Positions 49,476 to 61,299 are shown, counted from the stretch's first letter. The stretch: 64,000 nt of DNA from Alphaproteobacteria bacterium (GCA_964291415.2 OZ219920.1:224001-288000), one strand, 5' to 3'. Notes: generated by a model from the letters alone, not told the origin. Translations and numbers: made by a program.

Positions 49476-50870
49476 ATGAGACGCAACTTCCAGTATGATG
49501 TTGAAGGCCTGATGGCCAAGGACAAGGCCCACGCCATGCACCCCTGGCACGAGTTCGGCCGCGAGGAGCACATGATCCTGGCGGATTCGGAGGGAATCTA
49601 CGTCTACGACGGCGAGGGCAACCGCTACATCGACGGTATCGGCGGCATGTGGGCCGTGCAGCTCGGTTACGGCAACGAGGAGATGGCAACGGCCATCTCG
49701 GACCAGGTGCGCAGCATGGTCTACTATTCGCCCTGGTCGATGGCGACCCCGCCCCACGCGGAACTCTCCGCCAAACTGGCGACGCTGACACCGGGAGATC
49801 TCAACCGGTTCTTCTATTCAACCGGCGGTTCGACGGCGAACGACGCTGCGGTCCGCTTCGTCCACTACTACTGGAACGTCGTCGGCGAGCCGTCCCGCAA
49901 GACCATTCTCACGCGCGACGACGCCTACCATGGCAGCACGTATCTTGCCGATTCGCTGTGCGGCAAGCCCGGCAACGACACGCGCATGGAACGGGTGACG
50001 GAGTGGATCGAACATCTCTCGTCTCCCAATCCCTACCGCAAGCCCGAGGGCATGGACGACGCCGCGTTCCTCGATCACCTGATCACCGAGATGGACAACC
50101 GGATCAAGGCGATCGGCCCGGAGAACGTGGCGGCCTTCATCGCCGAGCCGGTGCTGGCGTCCGGCGGCGTCATCGTGCCGCCGAAAGGCTACCAGAAGGC
50201 GTGTCTCGAGACCTGCCGCAAGTACGGCATCCTCTACATCTCCGACGAGGTGGTGACGGGTTTCGGGCGCATGGGGCACTTCTTTTCCTCGGAGCCCGTC
50301 TTCGACATCGTGCCGGACATCATCACCGCGGCGAAGGGATTCACCTCCGGATACATCCCTGCCGGCCTGACGGCCATTTCCGAGAGAATGCACCAGGACA
50401 TCATCGAAAAGGGTGGGGATTCTCCCACGTTTTCCATGGGTTTCACCTATTCGGGACACCCGGTCGCCATGGCGGCGGCGCTCAAGAACATCGAGATCAT
50501 GGAGCGCGACGACATCATGGGTCACGCCCGCAGCACGGGCGACTACTTCCAGGAGCAGCTGCGCTCCCTGGCAGACCTTCCCATGGTGGGCGACGTCCGG
50601 GGTGTCGGACTCATGGGATGCATCGAGTGTGTCGAGAGCAAGTCGACCAGGAAGGCCTTCGAAGAGAGCCTCAATGTCGGCAAGAAGATCGACGAGAAGT
50701 GCCAGCAGTACGGGCTGATCCTGCGTCCCATGTGGCACCTGTGCGTCTTTTCGCCGCCCATCATCATCACGCGCTCCCAGGTGGACGACATGGTTGCGAT
50801 CATGGAGCGGGCCATCAGGGAAGTGGCGGACGATCTGGTGCGCGACGGTTCCTGGTCGGGCCAGGACTGA
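49476..50870 (+). CDS. Class III PLP aminotransferase (omega-amine/polyamine type)
   Basis: DGIGGMW, AYHGST, AFIAEPV, SDEVVTGFGR, AKG, GFTYSGHP. Confidence 0.9.
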   Translation: MRRNFQYDVEGLMAKDKAHAMHPWHEFGREEHMILADSEGIYVYDGEGNRYIDGIGGMWAVQLGYGNEEMATAISDQVRSMVYYSPWSMATPPHAELSAKLATLTPGDLNRFFYSTGGSTANDAAVRFVHYYWNVVGEPSRKTILTRDDAYHGSTYLADSLCGKPGNDTRMERVTEWIEHLSSPNPYRKPEGMDDAAFLDHLITEMDNRIKAIGPENVAAFIAEPVLASGGVIVPPKGYQKACLETCRKYGILYISDEVVTGFGRMGHFFSSEPVFDIVPDIITAAKGFTSGYIPAGLTAISERMHQDIIEKGGDSPTFSMGFTYSGHPVAMAAALKNIEIMERDDIMGHARSTGDYFQEQLRSLADLPMVGDVRGVGLMGCIECVESKSTRKAFEESLNVGKKIDEKCQQYGLILRPMWHLCVFSPPIIITRSQVDDMVAIMERAIREVADDLVRDGSWSGQD

Positions 50871-50891
50871 GCCGGCGGGTTCAGCCGGTCG

Positions 50892-52421
50892 CTATCGGGC
50901 CGCCCTGGCCGGTGCCGGGCTGCGGTCCGGAACCTGACGGGAGACGGTGAAGGACACATCGAGCGCCTGGCCGATCGCTGCGGCCTGGCGCTCGATGCGT
51001 TCAGGCGAGGCGACGGCGGCATCCCGCGGAATCTCCAGGGCGAACCCGTCTGCGGCGGTGACCAGGGGGGTCGAATCGAGGATGGGTCCGCGTCCGGCAC
51101 TCAAGAGCAGCGCGAGACGCAGCAGCCTGCCAAGCAACACCGCCCCGTCGACCGTGTCCGGCTTCAGCAGGCGGCGGCAGGGCGCCGCCTCGTCGGCCGT
51201 TTCCGCGCCCCCGTAGCGCACGAAGATGGTGAGGGCGAGCCATGCCCTTTCCTGGTGATCGAGCACCGACCAGGGCATGTGGAGAACCCTGGAGAGGGAA
51301 CGTCCGGCACGGTACTCGGGGTGTTCTCTCCAGCCGGTGTCGGCGAGGATGCAGGCGGCGCGCACAAGGCGTGGATCGGCATGACCGTGATGCCGGATGA
51401 CCGGGGCGACCCAGCGTTCGAGAGCCGCCGAGCAGTCGGCGAACCGGCGATGCCAGAGAGCGAGTTGATGGCATGCGGCAATCAGCGGATCGCTCTTGCG
51501 GGTGGCGTCATCGAGCATGTGGAAGTGGTGCCCTTCCCGCAAGCCCTGGGCCGAGAACACGACGTTCCTCGGCGCAAGGACGTCCGTCAGGTGGTCGAGC
51601 ACCATGGCCCCCCAGGGCAGGATCGCGGCCCGCCTTCTGGAAATTCCGCGGATACGTGACGTCGTCTCGTCGCTCAGTCTCTCCAGCATGCCGGTGAAGG
51701 TCCGGGCCTCCGCCGGCGCCATGGCGTAGCCGTGCACGATGGTCAGCGGATAGTGATGCTGCGTCATGTGGAGGCGGGCGATGGCCCGCCACGAACCACC
51801 GACCGCGTGAAAATCCCGGTGCTTCCAGGTGTCGAGCCAGGCCACACCGCAGACGGCCTCGCGAATCGCCGCCGATGCGTGTGCCGGGTTCCCTCCCCAT
51901 CGTTCTCTCAGACGCAGGGGTCCGATGTCGCGTGTGGCATGCTCCCTGATGGTGCCGTCCTCGACGGCAACGAGTTCCAGGCTGCCGCCGCCCAGGTCTC
52001 CGATGACGCCGGACAATCCGGGCAGTGCCGAGATGACGCCGGCTGCTGACAGTCGTGCCTCCCCGGCGCCGGTCAGAACCGTCACGGCACGTCCTGTCCT
52101 TGTCTCGACTGAGCGGCAGAAGTCGCCGCCGTTGGCGGCCTGCCTTACGGCGGCGGTGGCATAGAGGGCGAGGTCTGAACAGGGAACGCTGTCGGCAAGG
52201 CGCACCAGGATATCGACGGCTTCGATGCCTCTGCGAAAGGCCTCTTCGCCGAACCGGCCGTGGCGCTCGACGTCCACACCGAGTCCGATGACTGCCTTGT
52301 GGTTGATGACCGGCAGAGGCGCCCGGCCGAGATCATCGAAGATGACGAGGCGAATCGAATTCGAGCCGATATCGATCACCCCCACCCTGGTGGCGGGGAG
52401 CAACTCAACGGCTTCGTTCAT
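50892..52421 (-). CDS. ppx: Exopolyphosphatase (Ppx/GppA family)
   Basis: [33 protein letters not shown]. Confidence 0.92.
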   Translation of the reverse strand: MNEAVELLPATRVGVIDIGSNSIRLVIFDDLGRAPLPVINHKAVIGLGVDVERHGRFGEEAFRRGIEAVDILVRLADSVPCSDLALYATAAVRQAANGGDFCRSVETRTGRAVTVLTGAGEARLSAAGVISALPGLSGVIGDLGGGSLELVAVEDGTIREHATRDIGPLRLRERWGGNPAHASAAIREAVCGVAWLDTWKHRDFHAVGGSWRAIARLHMTQHHYPLTIVHGYAMAPAEARTFTGMLERLSDETTSRIRGISRRRAAILPWGAMVLDHLTDVLAPRNVVFSAQGLREGHHFHMLDDATRKSDPLIAACHQLALWHRRFADCSAALERWVAPVIRHHGHADPRLVRAACILADTGWREHPEYRAGRSLSRVLHMPWSVLDHQERAWLALTIFVRYGGAETADEAAPCRRLLKPDTVDGAVLLGRLLRLALLLSAGRGPILDSTPLVTAADGFALEIPRDAAVASPERIERQAAAIGQALDVSFTVSRQVPDRSPAPARAAR

Positions 52422-54580
52422 TCCGCCGGCGTGGGTGTCGCATTGCCCCGCTGGATCTGCCGTTGCAGTGCACTGCCCCGGCCCGACAGGCTGGGATTGG
52501 TCATGAAGAAGCGGTGGGCGGAAAAGGCGTTGTCCGCGTTGGCGAGCCTCGTGTAGGCGCCATCGCTGGTCAGCGTCCAGGACTGCTCCGTATCGCGCAG
52601 GTTGGCGACCATGATCTGGTCGAGAATCTGCCGGTGAACCGTCGGGTTGAGAATCGGAACCATGGTCTCTACCCGATAATCGAAATTGCGGGTCATCCAG
52701 TCAGCCGACGACACGAAGACAAGGGTGTCGGATGATGGCATCTCGCCGCCGTTGGCAAAGCAGAAGATGCGGCTGTGCTCGAGAAAGCGGCCGACCAGAC
52801 TCTTCACCCGGATCCTCTCCGAGAGTCCCTCGACACCGGGTCGCAGGCAGCAGATGCCGCGCACCACGAGATCGATCTCAACGCCACAGCCGGACGCCTG
52901 GTAGAGCAGGTCGATGATCTGCGAATCGACGAGGGAGTTCATCTTGGCCCAGATGGCGGCCGGCTTGCCGGCCCGGGCATTGTCGATCTCACGGCGGATC
53001 AGCTCGTGAAGGCGCTGGCGCAGGATGCCAGGCGACATGGCGACCGCCTCGAGAGTGTGGGGCCTGATGTATCCGGTCAGGAAGTTGAAGATCCGGTTGG
53101 CGTCCCGGGTGAGCGCCGGCGCGGTGGTGAAGAGGGAGAGATCGGTGTAGATCTTTGCCGTGACGGGGTGATAGTTGCCGGTTCCAAAGTGAACGTATGT
53201 CACCAGGGCGCCTTGTTCGCGGCGCACGATGAGCGAAATCTTCGTGTGGGTCTTGAAGTCCGGTATGCCGTACACGATCTGGGCGCCGGCATGTTCGAGA
53301 CCGCGGGCCCAGCGGATGTTCGCCTCCTCGTCGAACCGCGCCTTGAGCTCGACGACCGCCGTGACCGACTTGCCCGCTTCCGCTGCCTCGATAAGGGCCT
53401 TCACGATCGGCGATCCCTCGCTCGTCCGGTAGAGCGTCTGCTTGATCGCCACCACCGCGGGGTCGCGTGCCGCCTGCTGCAGGAACTGGACGACGACATC
53501 GAAACTCTCGTAGGGGTGATGGACGATGATGTCCTTGGCGCGGATGGCGTCGAAGCAGTTGCCGCCGAAGTCGCGAATGCGCTCGGGGAAGCGCGCCGAA
53601 TAGGGATCGAACAGCAGATCGGGGCGGTGGTCGACGATCAGGCGGGAGAGATCGCTCAGACCGAGCTCGCCCTCGACCACGGTGACATCGCCGGGGGAGA
53701 CATCGAGGCGGTCGGTCAGAAGATTGAGAAGTTCGCCAGGCATGGCCGCATCGACCACGAGATCAATCACGCTGCCGCGCCGCCGCCGCTTGAGAGCGCT
53801 CTCGAAGTGGCGCACCAGATCCTGTGATTCCTCGTCGATCTCGATTTCACTGTCGCGCACCACGCGGAAAAAGCCGGTTTCAAGCAACCTGAACCCCGGA
53901 AACAGGTTCTTGAGATGCATGCGCACGGCCTGTTCGAGGGGCAGGAAGCGCGATCCCTCGTCTCCAGGCAGGCGAATGAAGCGATCGGTCTGCTGCGGCA
54001 GCCTGATGATGGCATGGGCCGGTTCATCTCCGCCCTTACCGATGAGCTTGAGGGCGATGCCGAACCCGAAATTGGGAATGAAGGGGAAGGGATGGGCCGG
54101 ATCAATGGCCATTGGCGTCAGCAGGGGCAGGATTTCGCGTTCGAAATGATCGGCGAGCCAGGAGCGTTCTTCTTCGTCGAGCTGACCCTCGCTGACCACC
54201 GAGATTCCTTCCCGTGACAGCAGTCCCCGCAGGGTGCGCCAGATGACATACTGGCCGCCGATCAGCGTCTTCGAGCGATCCTTGATGGCTGCCAGCTGAC
54301 GTGCCGGAGACAGGCCATCGATGCCCGGAGTGGTGACACCGGCGTCGACCTGGGCCTTGAGGCCGGCCACCCTCACCATCTGGAATTCATCGAGATTGCT
54401 GGCGGAGATCGACAGGAATCTCAATCGTTCAAGGAGCGGGTGACGGGTGTTGCGCGCTTCCTCGAGAACCCGTTCGTTGAAGGCCAGCCAGCTCAGTTCG
54501 CGATTGATGTAGCGATCGGCCGGCGCCTCGGCGGGTGCCGGCGCGACGGACAGGACGGTATCCAGTTCCTGGCTGACCAT
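52418..54580 (-). CDS. ppk1: Polyphosphate kinase 1
   Basis: [53 protein letters not shown]. Confidence 0.96.
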   Translation of the reverse strand: MVSQELDTVLSVAPAPAEAPADRYINRELSWLAFNERVLEEARNTRHPLLERLRFLSISASNLDEFQMVRVAGLKAQVDAGVTTPGIDGLSPARQLAAIKDRSKTLIGGQYVIWRTLRGLLSREGISVVSEGQLDEEERSWLADHFEREILPLLTPMAIDPAHPFPFIPNFGFGIALKLIGKGGDEPAHAIIRLPQQTDRFIRLPGDEGSRFLPLEQAVRMHLKNLFPGFRLLETGFFRVVRDSEIEIDEESQDLVRHFESALKRRRRGSVIDLVVDAAMPGELLNLLTDRLDVSPGDVTVVEGELGLSDLSRLIVDHRPDLLFDPYSARFPERIRDFGGNCFDAIRAKDIIVHHPYESFDVVVQFLQQAARDPAVVAIKQTLYRTSEGSPIVKALIEAAEAGKSVTAVVELKARFDEEANIRWARGLEHAGAQIVYGIPDFKTHTKISLIVRREQGALVTYVHFGTGNYHPVTAKIYTDLSLFTTAPALTRDANRIFNFLTGYIRPHTLEAVAMSPGILRQRLHELIRREIDNARAGKPAAIWAKMNSLVDSQIIDLLYQASGCGVEIDLVVRGICCLRPGVEGLSERIRVKSLVGRFLEHSRIFCFANGGEMPSSDTLVFVSSADWMTRNFDYRVETMVPILNPTVHRQILDQIMVANLRDTEQSWTLTSDGAYTRLANADNAFSAHRFFMTNPSLSGRGSALQRQIQRGNATPTPAE

Positions 54581-54650
54581 TCTGTGCTAGCCTCGGGTCG
54601 GAAAGCGGAATGTGCGGGATTTCCCCGAACGTCGCAGGAGACGATGTGTG

Positions 54651-55160
54651 ATGACCACCACACTTTATCTCGTACGCCATGCCAAATCCAGTTGGGCAGA
54701 CATCACGCTCGACGATCACGATCGTCCCTTGCGCAACCGCGGGAGACGCCGCGCCGCCGGCCTCGCCACCTGGCTGGAAGAACGCTCGCTGGGATGCGAT
54801 CTCGTGCTGTGCTCGACCACGTTGCGCACCCGCCAGACTCTGGAGATCCTGCTTCCCGTCCTCGGCAGCGCGGAAGTCCGCTACGAAGAGGGTCTCTACC
54901 ATGGCGATGCACGCCACCTCATCTCCGTGCTGCGGCGTACGCCCTCCACCATGGATCGGGTCATGGTGGTGGGCCACGATCCTGTCCTGCAAATGACGGC
55001 GCAGTACCTGGCGGCGACGGCGACAGGCGATGCCATGGACAGGCTCGATCGCAAGTTTCCGACGTCCGCGCTGGCCATGCTGACCTTCGGTTCGGCCGGG
55101 TGGACGGCGCTGCGCCAGCACATGGGACACCTCGAATTCTTCTGCATTCCACCGGATTGA
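54651..55160 (+). CDS. sixA: SixA-like histidine phosphatase
   Basis: LVRHAKS, DHDRPL..RG, RTRQT, VGHDP. Confidence 0.85.
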   Translation: MTTTLYLVRHAKSSWADITLDDHDRPLRNRGRRRAAGLATWLEERSLGCDLVLCSTTLRTRQTLEILLPVLGSAEVRYEEGLYHGDARHLISVLRRTPSTMDRVMVVGHDPVLQMTAQYLAATATGDAMDRLDRKFPTSALAMLTFGSAGWTALRQHMGHLEFFCIPPD

Positions 55161-55167
55161 GATTGCG

Positions 55168-55692
55168 ATGAGACTGTTCGCAGGCTGGCTCTATGCTCTG
55201 GGGCTGGTGGCCACGCTCGGCGGGGTCATCGTCTGGGCATCCAATATCCCGAACATCCCCGACGAGGACGACCTCGTCTGGAAGCGCGGCTTTCTGGTCG
55301 GCATCCTCCTCGACTACGACTACGATGGCCTGTTCGTCGTCAACATGCGGTTGCGGGACGACGAGACCCTCTACACCTACCACTCCACCTACCCCAGATA
55401 TGTCGCGGTGCGCGATCGCTTTGGCATCTACCGCGATGTCGAGATCCTCGTCGATCAGACCGCCCTGGCCTCCGGCAGCGAGACCGTCAGGATGTGGGGC
55501 GTGATCGAGCACGACCCCTACGATGAAGGTATCGTTGTGCTGTTCGACGAGATCCGCAGGGAGGTGACGCAGACCGAACGCTCCTGGCAGCGCGTCGCCC
55601 TCATCGTGCTCGCCTCGGGGCTGGCCGCCATCCTCGCAGGATTCGCGATCCGCCGTGCCGTTCCCTACGTTCCCAGGGACCCCACGGCCTGA
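55168..55692 (+). CDS. Hypothetical protein with two TM helices flanking a soluble domain
   Basis: Strong GC3 codon bias, hydrophobic N- and C-terminal segments; 7 bp after sixA. Confidence 0.6.
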   Translation: MRLFAGWLYALGLVATLGGVIVWASNIPNIPDEDDLVWKRGFLVGILLDYDYDGLFVVNMRLRDDETLYTYHSTYPRYVAVRDRFGIYRDVEILVDQTALASGSETVRMWGVIEHDPYDEGIVVLFDEIRREVTQTERSWQRVALIVLASGLAAILAGFAIRRAVPYVPRDPTA

Positions 55693-56849
55693 CGGCCCGA
55701 GAGGCGCCGGTAGATCCTCGAGGCGTTGCCGCGGGCGATCATGGCGACGATGCGCTCGGCCTCCGCCAGGTTGAGCATGCCGTCGGAGATCCAGCGGTCG
55801 AGATGCTGGCTCAGCGTGCGGCGGAACTGGAGTTGTCCGAGATAGTGGAGCTCGGCCAGTCCGAAGGCGTCCGAACTGTAGAGCTGCTTGAAGAAGGGGC
55901 CCATTTCCAGGGCTTCGCCCATGATCGTGGCGGCCTGGGGCCCGGTGAAATTGAGGACCACGCCGACATCGTAATAGACGTTGCGGAAGATCTCGGCGAG
56001 CCACGCTGCTTCACGATGGAAGGGATAGTTGTGGAGAAGCGTGCAGTCGACCTCCCAGGTCTCCATGGCGCGCAGGAACTCCGTGAAGTGTGTCGGGTCA
56101 CAGGCGTGCATGGTGATGTCGGGGTCGCCGAATCCGACGTGGATCTGCAGGGGAAGGCCGTGCTGACGGGCGAGTTCGGCACCTGTCCACAGGCCTGACC
56201 GCACGACGTCAACCGCCTCGAGGCGTACCGTTCCCGTGGTCTCGATGGAGCGGAACCAGGCATCCGTCGCCGCCCCCACTTCGGCGGCCGAAGGCGGGCT
56301 CTGGTCGATGGCGAAGGTCGTGCGATAGGCGACAATGGTCTTCAGGCCGACCGCGTCGTGCGTCCGTGCCGCCAGGATGTCGGCGAACGCCTGAGGGAAG
56401 CGTGCCGCGTCAACGCCGGACCGCGCCACCTCTTCGGCCACGGCCTCGATGCGAACGACCTCGTGGGCCGGCCGTCCCGAGATCGCCGCCATCTCCGGCA
56501 CATCGGCAATCGATTCGCTCCGGTGGCCGGTGTCGACGATCAGCCTTTCCAGGCCGCATGCGTGAAGCAGGCGACGGTTGACTTCCTCCGCACCGATGTG
56601 GCGGCGACGTTCCACGTAGTCCCTGCCTTGCGTGAAGGGGTCGAGGCCGAGCAGCGGCGCGCACTGGCTGCGGACCATGAGACCGAGCGGCTTGTCGAAC
56701 TGCGAGGTTCCGTCGGGTGGCGGCCGGTAGCTTTCGCTCATGAGTGCCTCGAACGTCTGAAGATCGAGGTCTCCCGGCATCACGCCGTGGCAGTGATGAT
56801 CGATCAGGGGCAGATCACACGTGACGCCCCCCTTTGATGCAGCGGGCAT
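55665..56849 (-). CDS. Amidohydrolase_2 family protein (FluG N-terminal domain-like)
   Basis: IDHHCH metal motif, GLKTIVAYR, LQIHVGFGD, LLHNYPF, YSSDAFG..E. Confidence 0.85.
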   Translation of the reverse strand: MPAASKGGVTCDLPLIDHHCHGVMPGDLDLQTFEALMSESYRPPPDGTSQFDKPLGLMVRSQCAPLLGLDPFTQGRDYVERRRHIGAEEVNRRLLHACGLERLIVDTGHRSESIADVPEMAAISGRPAHEVVRIEAVAEEVARSGVDAARFPQAFADILAARTHDAVGLKTIVAYRTTFAIDQSPPSAAEVGAATDAWFRSIETTGTVRLEAVDVVRSGLWTGAELARQHGLPLQIHVGFGDPDITMHACDPTHFTEFLRAMETWEVDCTLLHNYPFHREAAWLAEIFRNVYYDVGVVLNFTGPQAATIMGEALEMGPFFKQLYSSDAFGLAELHYLGQLQFRRTLSQHLDRWISDGMLNLAEAERIVAMIARGNASRIYRRLSGRQAVGSLGT

Positions 56850-56853
56850 CGCC

Positions 56854-58155
56854 TCAATAGGCCCCGCGGTATCTCTGGCAGAGTTCGGCATCGCTCATCG
56901 CCGCCGCATTCGCTGCCTCGAGACGCTTGAGGGCGCCATAGGCCTCGATCATCACGGGGTCAAACCACTGACAGACGCTGTCATCGGCCAGGAAGGCGTC
57001 GAGGGCCTCGTCCAGGGATTCCGGCAGGGTGCGGATACCCTGGTCCCGGCGTTCGGCGTCGCTCAACGAGGCCGGATCCAGATTCACCATGGCAGGGGGC
57101 GCCAGGTCGGCGCGGATTCCTTCGAGCCCGGCGCGGATGATGGCGCCGATGGCAAGGTAGGGGCTCGCCGTCGCGTCGGTCGAGCGGATCTCGATGTTGA
57201 AGGCCGCAGGGTCGCCATCGGGCGCAGGGCAGATCCGGATTGCCGCCTCGCGATTCTGCACCCCGACGGCATCGAAGCCGCAGCTCCAGTGGTGTGGTCC
57301 CAGGCGCATGTAGGAGACGGGACTTGGCGCCGTGATGGCGACGAGAGCCCGCAGGTGACGGTGAACTCCGGCGACGAAGCGTCCGGCTGCGGCGCTCAGT
57401 CCGGCCGGTCCGGCGGGGTCGGCCGTCACCGGGTTGCCGGCACTGTCCCACAGGCTCAAGTGAAGATGGCAGCCGTTGCCGACGGCATCCGGCGCCGGCT
57501 TTGGCGAAAAACTCGCGGTGATCGAGCACTGGCGTGCGGTCTCGCGCACCGTCTCCCTGGTGATGACGACACGATCGGCGCCGGCCAGCCCCGTTGCCGG
57601 TCCGCAACTCACTTCGTACTGTCCGACTCCGTACTCGGGCTCGAAGGTCTCGAGGTCGACGCCGGCATCGATCAGCGCACGGGTGCAGAGATCGGCAAAG
57701 GGCGCGGCCCGGCGAATGGAATCGACGGAAAACGGCGCCGCCCACTCGAGAGCGGGATCGATGAGCAGGAACTCGTTCTCGTAGGCGATGGCGACCTCGA
57801 GTCCGGTCTGACTCTTCAGATCCTCAAGGGCATGCGCGAGGAAACTCCGGGTGCAGCACCCCCAGGGTGTGCCGTCGGCATGAAGACTGTTGCACAGGGC
57901 GACATGGAACGCCGGATGATCCTGCTTGACGACAATGCGCCGGCGCGTTGCCTCGTCCGGCACCTGACGCACCTCGTCCATGGGTCCCCAGGGATTGGGC
58001 GCGATGTCCTCGAAGGGTGTCAGGGACTGGCCGGCGAGTGCCCATCCCAGCCCGTGACGCCGTCGGCGCTCGTACTGCTCCAGGGGAACGCCCCTGGTGC
58101 GCGACAGTCCCACGAGGTCGTTCCAGACCAGCAGGACCAGTTCACCATTCGCCAT
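56854..58155 (-). CDS. Glutamine-synthetase-like gamma-glutamyl-amine ligase (GlnA3/FluG C-terminal-like)
   Basis: ENEF, EYGVGQYE, GNGCHLHLSL, SYMRL, NREAAIR, IEIRSTDATASPY; Trp (HHWSC) where GSI has the FEAP flap. Confidence 0.85.
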   Translation of the reverse strand: MANGELVLLVWNDLVGLSRTRGVPLEQYERRRRHGLGWALAGQSLTPFEDIAPNPWGPMDEVRQVPDEATRRRIVVKQDHPAFHVALCNSLHADGTPWGCCTRSFLAHALEDLKSQTGLEVAIAYENEFLLIDPALEWAAPFSVDSIRRAAPFADLCTRALIDAGVDLETFEPEYGVGQYEVSCGPATGLAGADRVVITRETVRETARQCSITASFSPKPAPDAVGNGCHLHLSLWDSAGNPVTADPAGPAGLSAAAGRFVAGVHRHLRALVAITAPSPVSYMRLGPHHWSCGFDAVGVQNREAAIRICPAPDGDPAAFNIEIRSTDATASPYLAIGAIIRAGLEGIRADLAPPAMVNLDPASLSDAERRDQGIRTLPESLDEALDAFLADDSVCQWFDPVMIEAYGALKRLEAANAAAMSDAELCQRYRGAY

Positions 58156-58248
58156 GACACCTCGCGCGTCGGTCGCGTGCCGGCGGCCACTGTTGCAACG
58201 TCGGCGACGCCGGTCAACGCCGCTTGACGACATTGGCGGGGTCTTCCA

Positions 58249-60129
58249 ATGTCGCCGGCTCCTGCAGGTGAAGCGACACCGTTGAACACGTTGACACGTG
58301 CCCGTCTTGCGTCCTGGCCGCCCCTAGCAGGCAGCCTGCTCATGCTGGTTCCCATCGCCGTCGTATCCCTGCTGGTGTGGCAGACGGGCGGTGCGGCGCT
58401 CCAGGGGACCGTGACGCACTATCTCGTGCTGACGGTCGCGGTGCTGGCCTTCAGCGCGTTCACCGGCAACTCCGGAATCCTGAGTTTCGGTCACGCGGCC
58501 TTCATGGGCCTGGCGGCGCATGTGACGGGCGTTCTCACCATACCGGTGGCACAGAAGGCCATCTTTCTGCCCGACCTGCCGTTGTGGCTTGCCGGTCTCG
58601 AACTCCATTTTCTCCTGGCCGGCGCGATCGCCGTGGTTCTCGTGACGATCGTCGGATTTCTCGTCGGCATTCCGATCTGCCGTCTCGGTGGCGCCTCGGC
58701 GGCGATCGCCACCCTGGGACTGCTCATCATCGCCTATGGCGTCCTCGTGGGCGCTCGGGACTTCACCCGCGGCAGCCAGGCGCTGATCGGCGTGCCGCGA
58801 ACCGTCGACATCCCCCTGGCCCTGCTGTTTGTCGCAATCGCCCTCACGGCGTGCCGCATCTTTCGGGATTCCCTGCCCGGCCTCGAATTGCGGGCGGCAC
58901 GCGAAGACGAGCCGGCGGCACGGGCCGTGGGTGTGGATGTCCACCGTCGCCGTCTGCTTGCCTGGACGCTCAGCGCCTGTATCGCCGCCGTTGCCGGGGT
59001 GCTGCTGGCCCATGAACTCGGGGTCTATTCGCCGAGAGAGTTCTACTTCCAGATCACCTTTGCGGTCCTCGTCATGCTGATCGTCGGCGGCATGACAAGT
59101 GTATCGGGGGCCGTGGCGGGTGCGGTTGTCGTCACCATCCTCATCGAAGTCCTGCGGTCGGTGGAAGAGTCCATCAACACGGTCTGGTTCGACGAGCCGA
59201 CGGTCTTCGGGCTGACGGACATCGGCCTGTCGCTCGCCATCCTCGGCGTGCTCTTCTGGCGGCGCAACGGACTGTTCGAGTACCGCGAGATCGAGGACTT
59301 CGTCCTCAGCCCCCGCCAGCCCCCCGCCGGACCCTTCACTGCGACGCCCGGGCGGGTGGCAGGGGAGGGAGGGCTCGAGGTCCGTAACGTCACCAGGATG
59401 TTCGGAGGCCTGCGCGCCGTGGACGACGCCAGCCTCTCGCTGAAGCCAGGCGAGATTGTCGGCCTCATCGGACCCAACGGTTCGGGGAAGACCACGCTGC
59501 TCGGCTGCATCTCCGGCGCCCTGGACTGCGACGGAGGCACCATCGTACTCGACGGCGCCGACATCACCGGCATGCCCAGTCACCTGATTGCCAGGCGTGG
59601 CGTCGGCCGCACCTTCCAGAACGTCAGGCTGTTTTCCAATCTTTCTTGCCAGGAGAACGTCAAGACCGCCCTGGCGGCGGGATCGACCGGTTCAAGACCG
59701 GCCCGCATGACGGAGCGATGCCTCGCCCTTCTCGGGGAACTCGGCATCGCAGACTATGCCTCGCGTCGCGCCGGAACCCTCGCCTACGGCCTGCAGCGGC
59801 GCCTGGAGATCGCCCGGGCGCTCGCCCTGGAACCCCGCTATCTGCTGCTCGACGAACCGGCCGCGGGCATGAATGAGAGCGAATCCGACGAACTGCTCGC
59901 CATTCTGGCCCGGTTGCGGGAAGTCAGGGGCCCGGGCCTGCTTGTCGTCGACCACGATCTCAGCCTCATCATGAGATTGTGCGACCGGGTGATCGTGCTA
60001 AACAAGGGCGAAGTCATTGCCGAAGGAACACCGGAGGAGGTCCAGTCCGACCCGGTCGTGATCGAGGCATACCTGGGTCGCCGGCGTACCGCCGAGCGGG
60101 CCACCAGTTTGTCAGCAGCAAGGGAGTAG
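58249..60129 (+). CDS. Fused LivM-like permease / LivG-like ATPase
   Basis: LSFGHAAF, AIATLG, REDE.AA..VG in TM half; GPNGSGKT, RTFQN, LDEPAAG, VIEAYLG in C-terminal half. Confidence 0.9.
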   Translation: MSPAPAGEATPLNTLTRARLASWPPLAGSLLMLVPIAVVSLLVWQTGGAALQGTVTHYLVLTVAVLAFSAFTGNSGILSFGHAAFMGLAAHVTGVLTIPVAQKAIFLPDLPLWLAGLELHFLLAGAIAVVLVTIVGFLVGIPICRLGGASAAIATLGLLIIAYGVLVGARDFTRGSQALIGVPRTVDIPLALLFVAIALTACRIFRDSLPGLELRAAREDEPAARAVGVDVHRRRLLAWTLSACIAAVAGVLLAHELGVYSPREFYFQITFAVLVMLIVGGMTSVSGAVAGAVVVTILIEVLRSVEESINTVWFDEPTVFGLTDIGLSLAILGVLFWRRNGLFEYREIEDFVLSPRQPPAGPFTATPGRVAGEGGLEVRNVTRMFGGLRAVDDASLSLKPGEIVGLIGPNGSGKTTLLGCISGALDCDGGTIVLDGADITGMPSHLIARRGVGRTFQNVRLFSNLSCQENVKTALAAGSTGSRPARMTERCLALLGELGIADYASRRAGTLAYGLQRRLEIARALALEPRYLLLDEPAAGMNESESDELLAILARLREVRGPGLLVVDHDLSLIMRLCDRVIVLNKGEVIAEGTPEEVQSDPVVIEAYLGRRRTAERATSLSAARE

Positions 60130-60135
60130 GACACC

Positions 60136-61299
60136 ATGTTTCGTACATCAACAACCCGCATCGCCGCTGTGGCTGCCGGACTCGTGGCGGCTGGCGGTGT
60201 GGCCCAGGGCGATTCCCACGGAATCACGATCGGCTATGCCGGTGGATTTACCGGCTATCTCGCGCCTTACGACCAGCCGTCCCTGAACGGGGTGCAGCTG
60301 GCGCTCGATCAGATCAATGCGGCCGGCGGCATCATGGGCATGCCGGTCGAAATCATGGTCAAGGACACGCGATCGGATACCGCTCAGGCCGCCGTCGTCG
60401 CCCAGGAGCTCATCGATGAGGGCGTGGTGGCGATGATCGTGTCCTGCGACGTCGATCCCGCCGTGGCGTCCGGCGTCATGGCCCAGGCGGCCGAGATCCC
60501 GTCAGCGAGTTCGTGTGCTTCCACACCCACCCTGCCGGCGGCGGTCGGACCCTACATGTTCTCCAACTACACGGCGGACAACCTGCAGGGTGCAGTCCTC
60601 GCAGAGTATGCCCGCGGCCAGGGCTACGAGAATGCCTATATCCTGCTGTCGCGCGACACGCCCTACACCGAGAAGCTGCCGGAGTACTTCGGCGAGGCCT
60701 TCGAGGCCATGGGCGGCACGGTGGTCGCGGTCGGCGAATACACCATGGGACAGCAGGACTTCTCGGCGGAAGTCACCAACATCGGCGGCCTCGATCCCAG
60801 TCCGGACGTCATCCAGACGTCGGCCTACGAGCCCGACTTTCCGGCCTTCATCAAGCAATTGCGAGCCGCCGGCATCGACACACCGGTGCTCGGCAGTGAC
60901 GGCATCGATTCTCCCACGACCTTCGCTCTTGGCGACGTGGCCGAGGGCGTGGTCTTCTCCAACGCCGGATTTGCGTCTCCGGGTAGTGCGCTCGAGGCCT
61001 TCGAGATGGCTTACGAGGAGAAGTACGGCATGCCGAACGACACCGTCTTCACGGCAACCGGCTATGACCTGATGATGGTCATCGCCGCGGCCATCGAGGC
61101 GGCCGGCTCCACCGACGGTCCGGCGATCCGGGATGCCTGGGACAACCTGGAGAACGTCCAGGTCGCCACGGGGTCGATCACCTACAAGGATCAGAACCGG
61201 GTGCCGGTGCGTGTTGTCGCGCTCAACCAGGTCTCGGGCGGCGAGAGGGTTCATGTCGGCGATTTCTCGCCCGATTCCTCGATGATCCCGGCTCCGTGA
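60136..61299 (+). CDS. LIV-type ABC substrate-binding protein
   Basis: Signal peptide, INAAGGIMG, DTRSD, QDFSA, DGPAIRDA. Confidence 0.88.
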   Translation: MFRTSTTRIAAVAAGLVAAGGVAQGDSHGITIGYAGGFTGYLAPYDQPSLNGVQLALDQINAAGGIMGMPVEIMVKDTRSDTAQAAVVAQELIDEGVVAMIVSCDVDPAVASGVMAQAAEIPSASSCASTPTLPAAVGPYMFSNYTADNLQGAVLAEYARGQGYENAYILLSRDTPYTEKLPEYFGEAFEAMGGTVVAVGEYTMGQQDFSAEVTNIGGLDPSPDVIQTSAYEPDFPAFIKQLRAAGIDTPVLGSDGIDSPTTFALGDVAEGVVFSNAGFASPGSALEAFEMAYEEKYGMPNDTVFTATGYDLMMVIAAAIEAAGSTDGPAIRDAWDNLENVQVATGSITYKDQNRVPVRVVALNQVSGGERVHVGDFSPDSSMIPAP

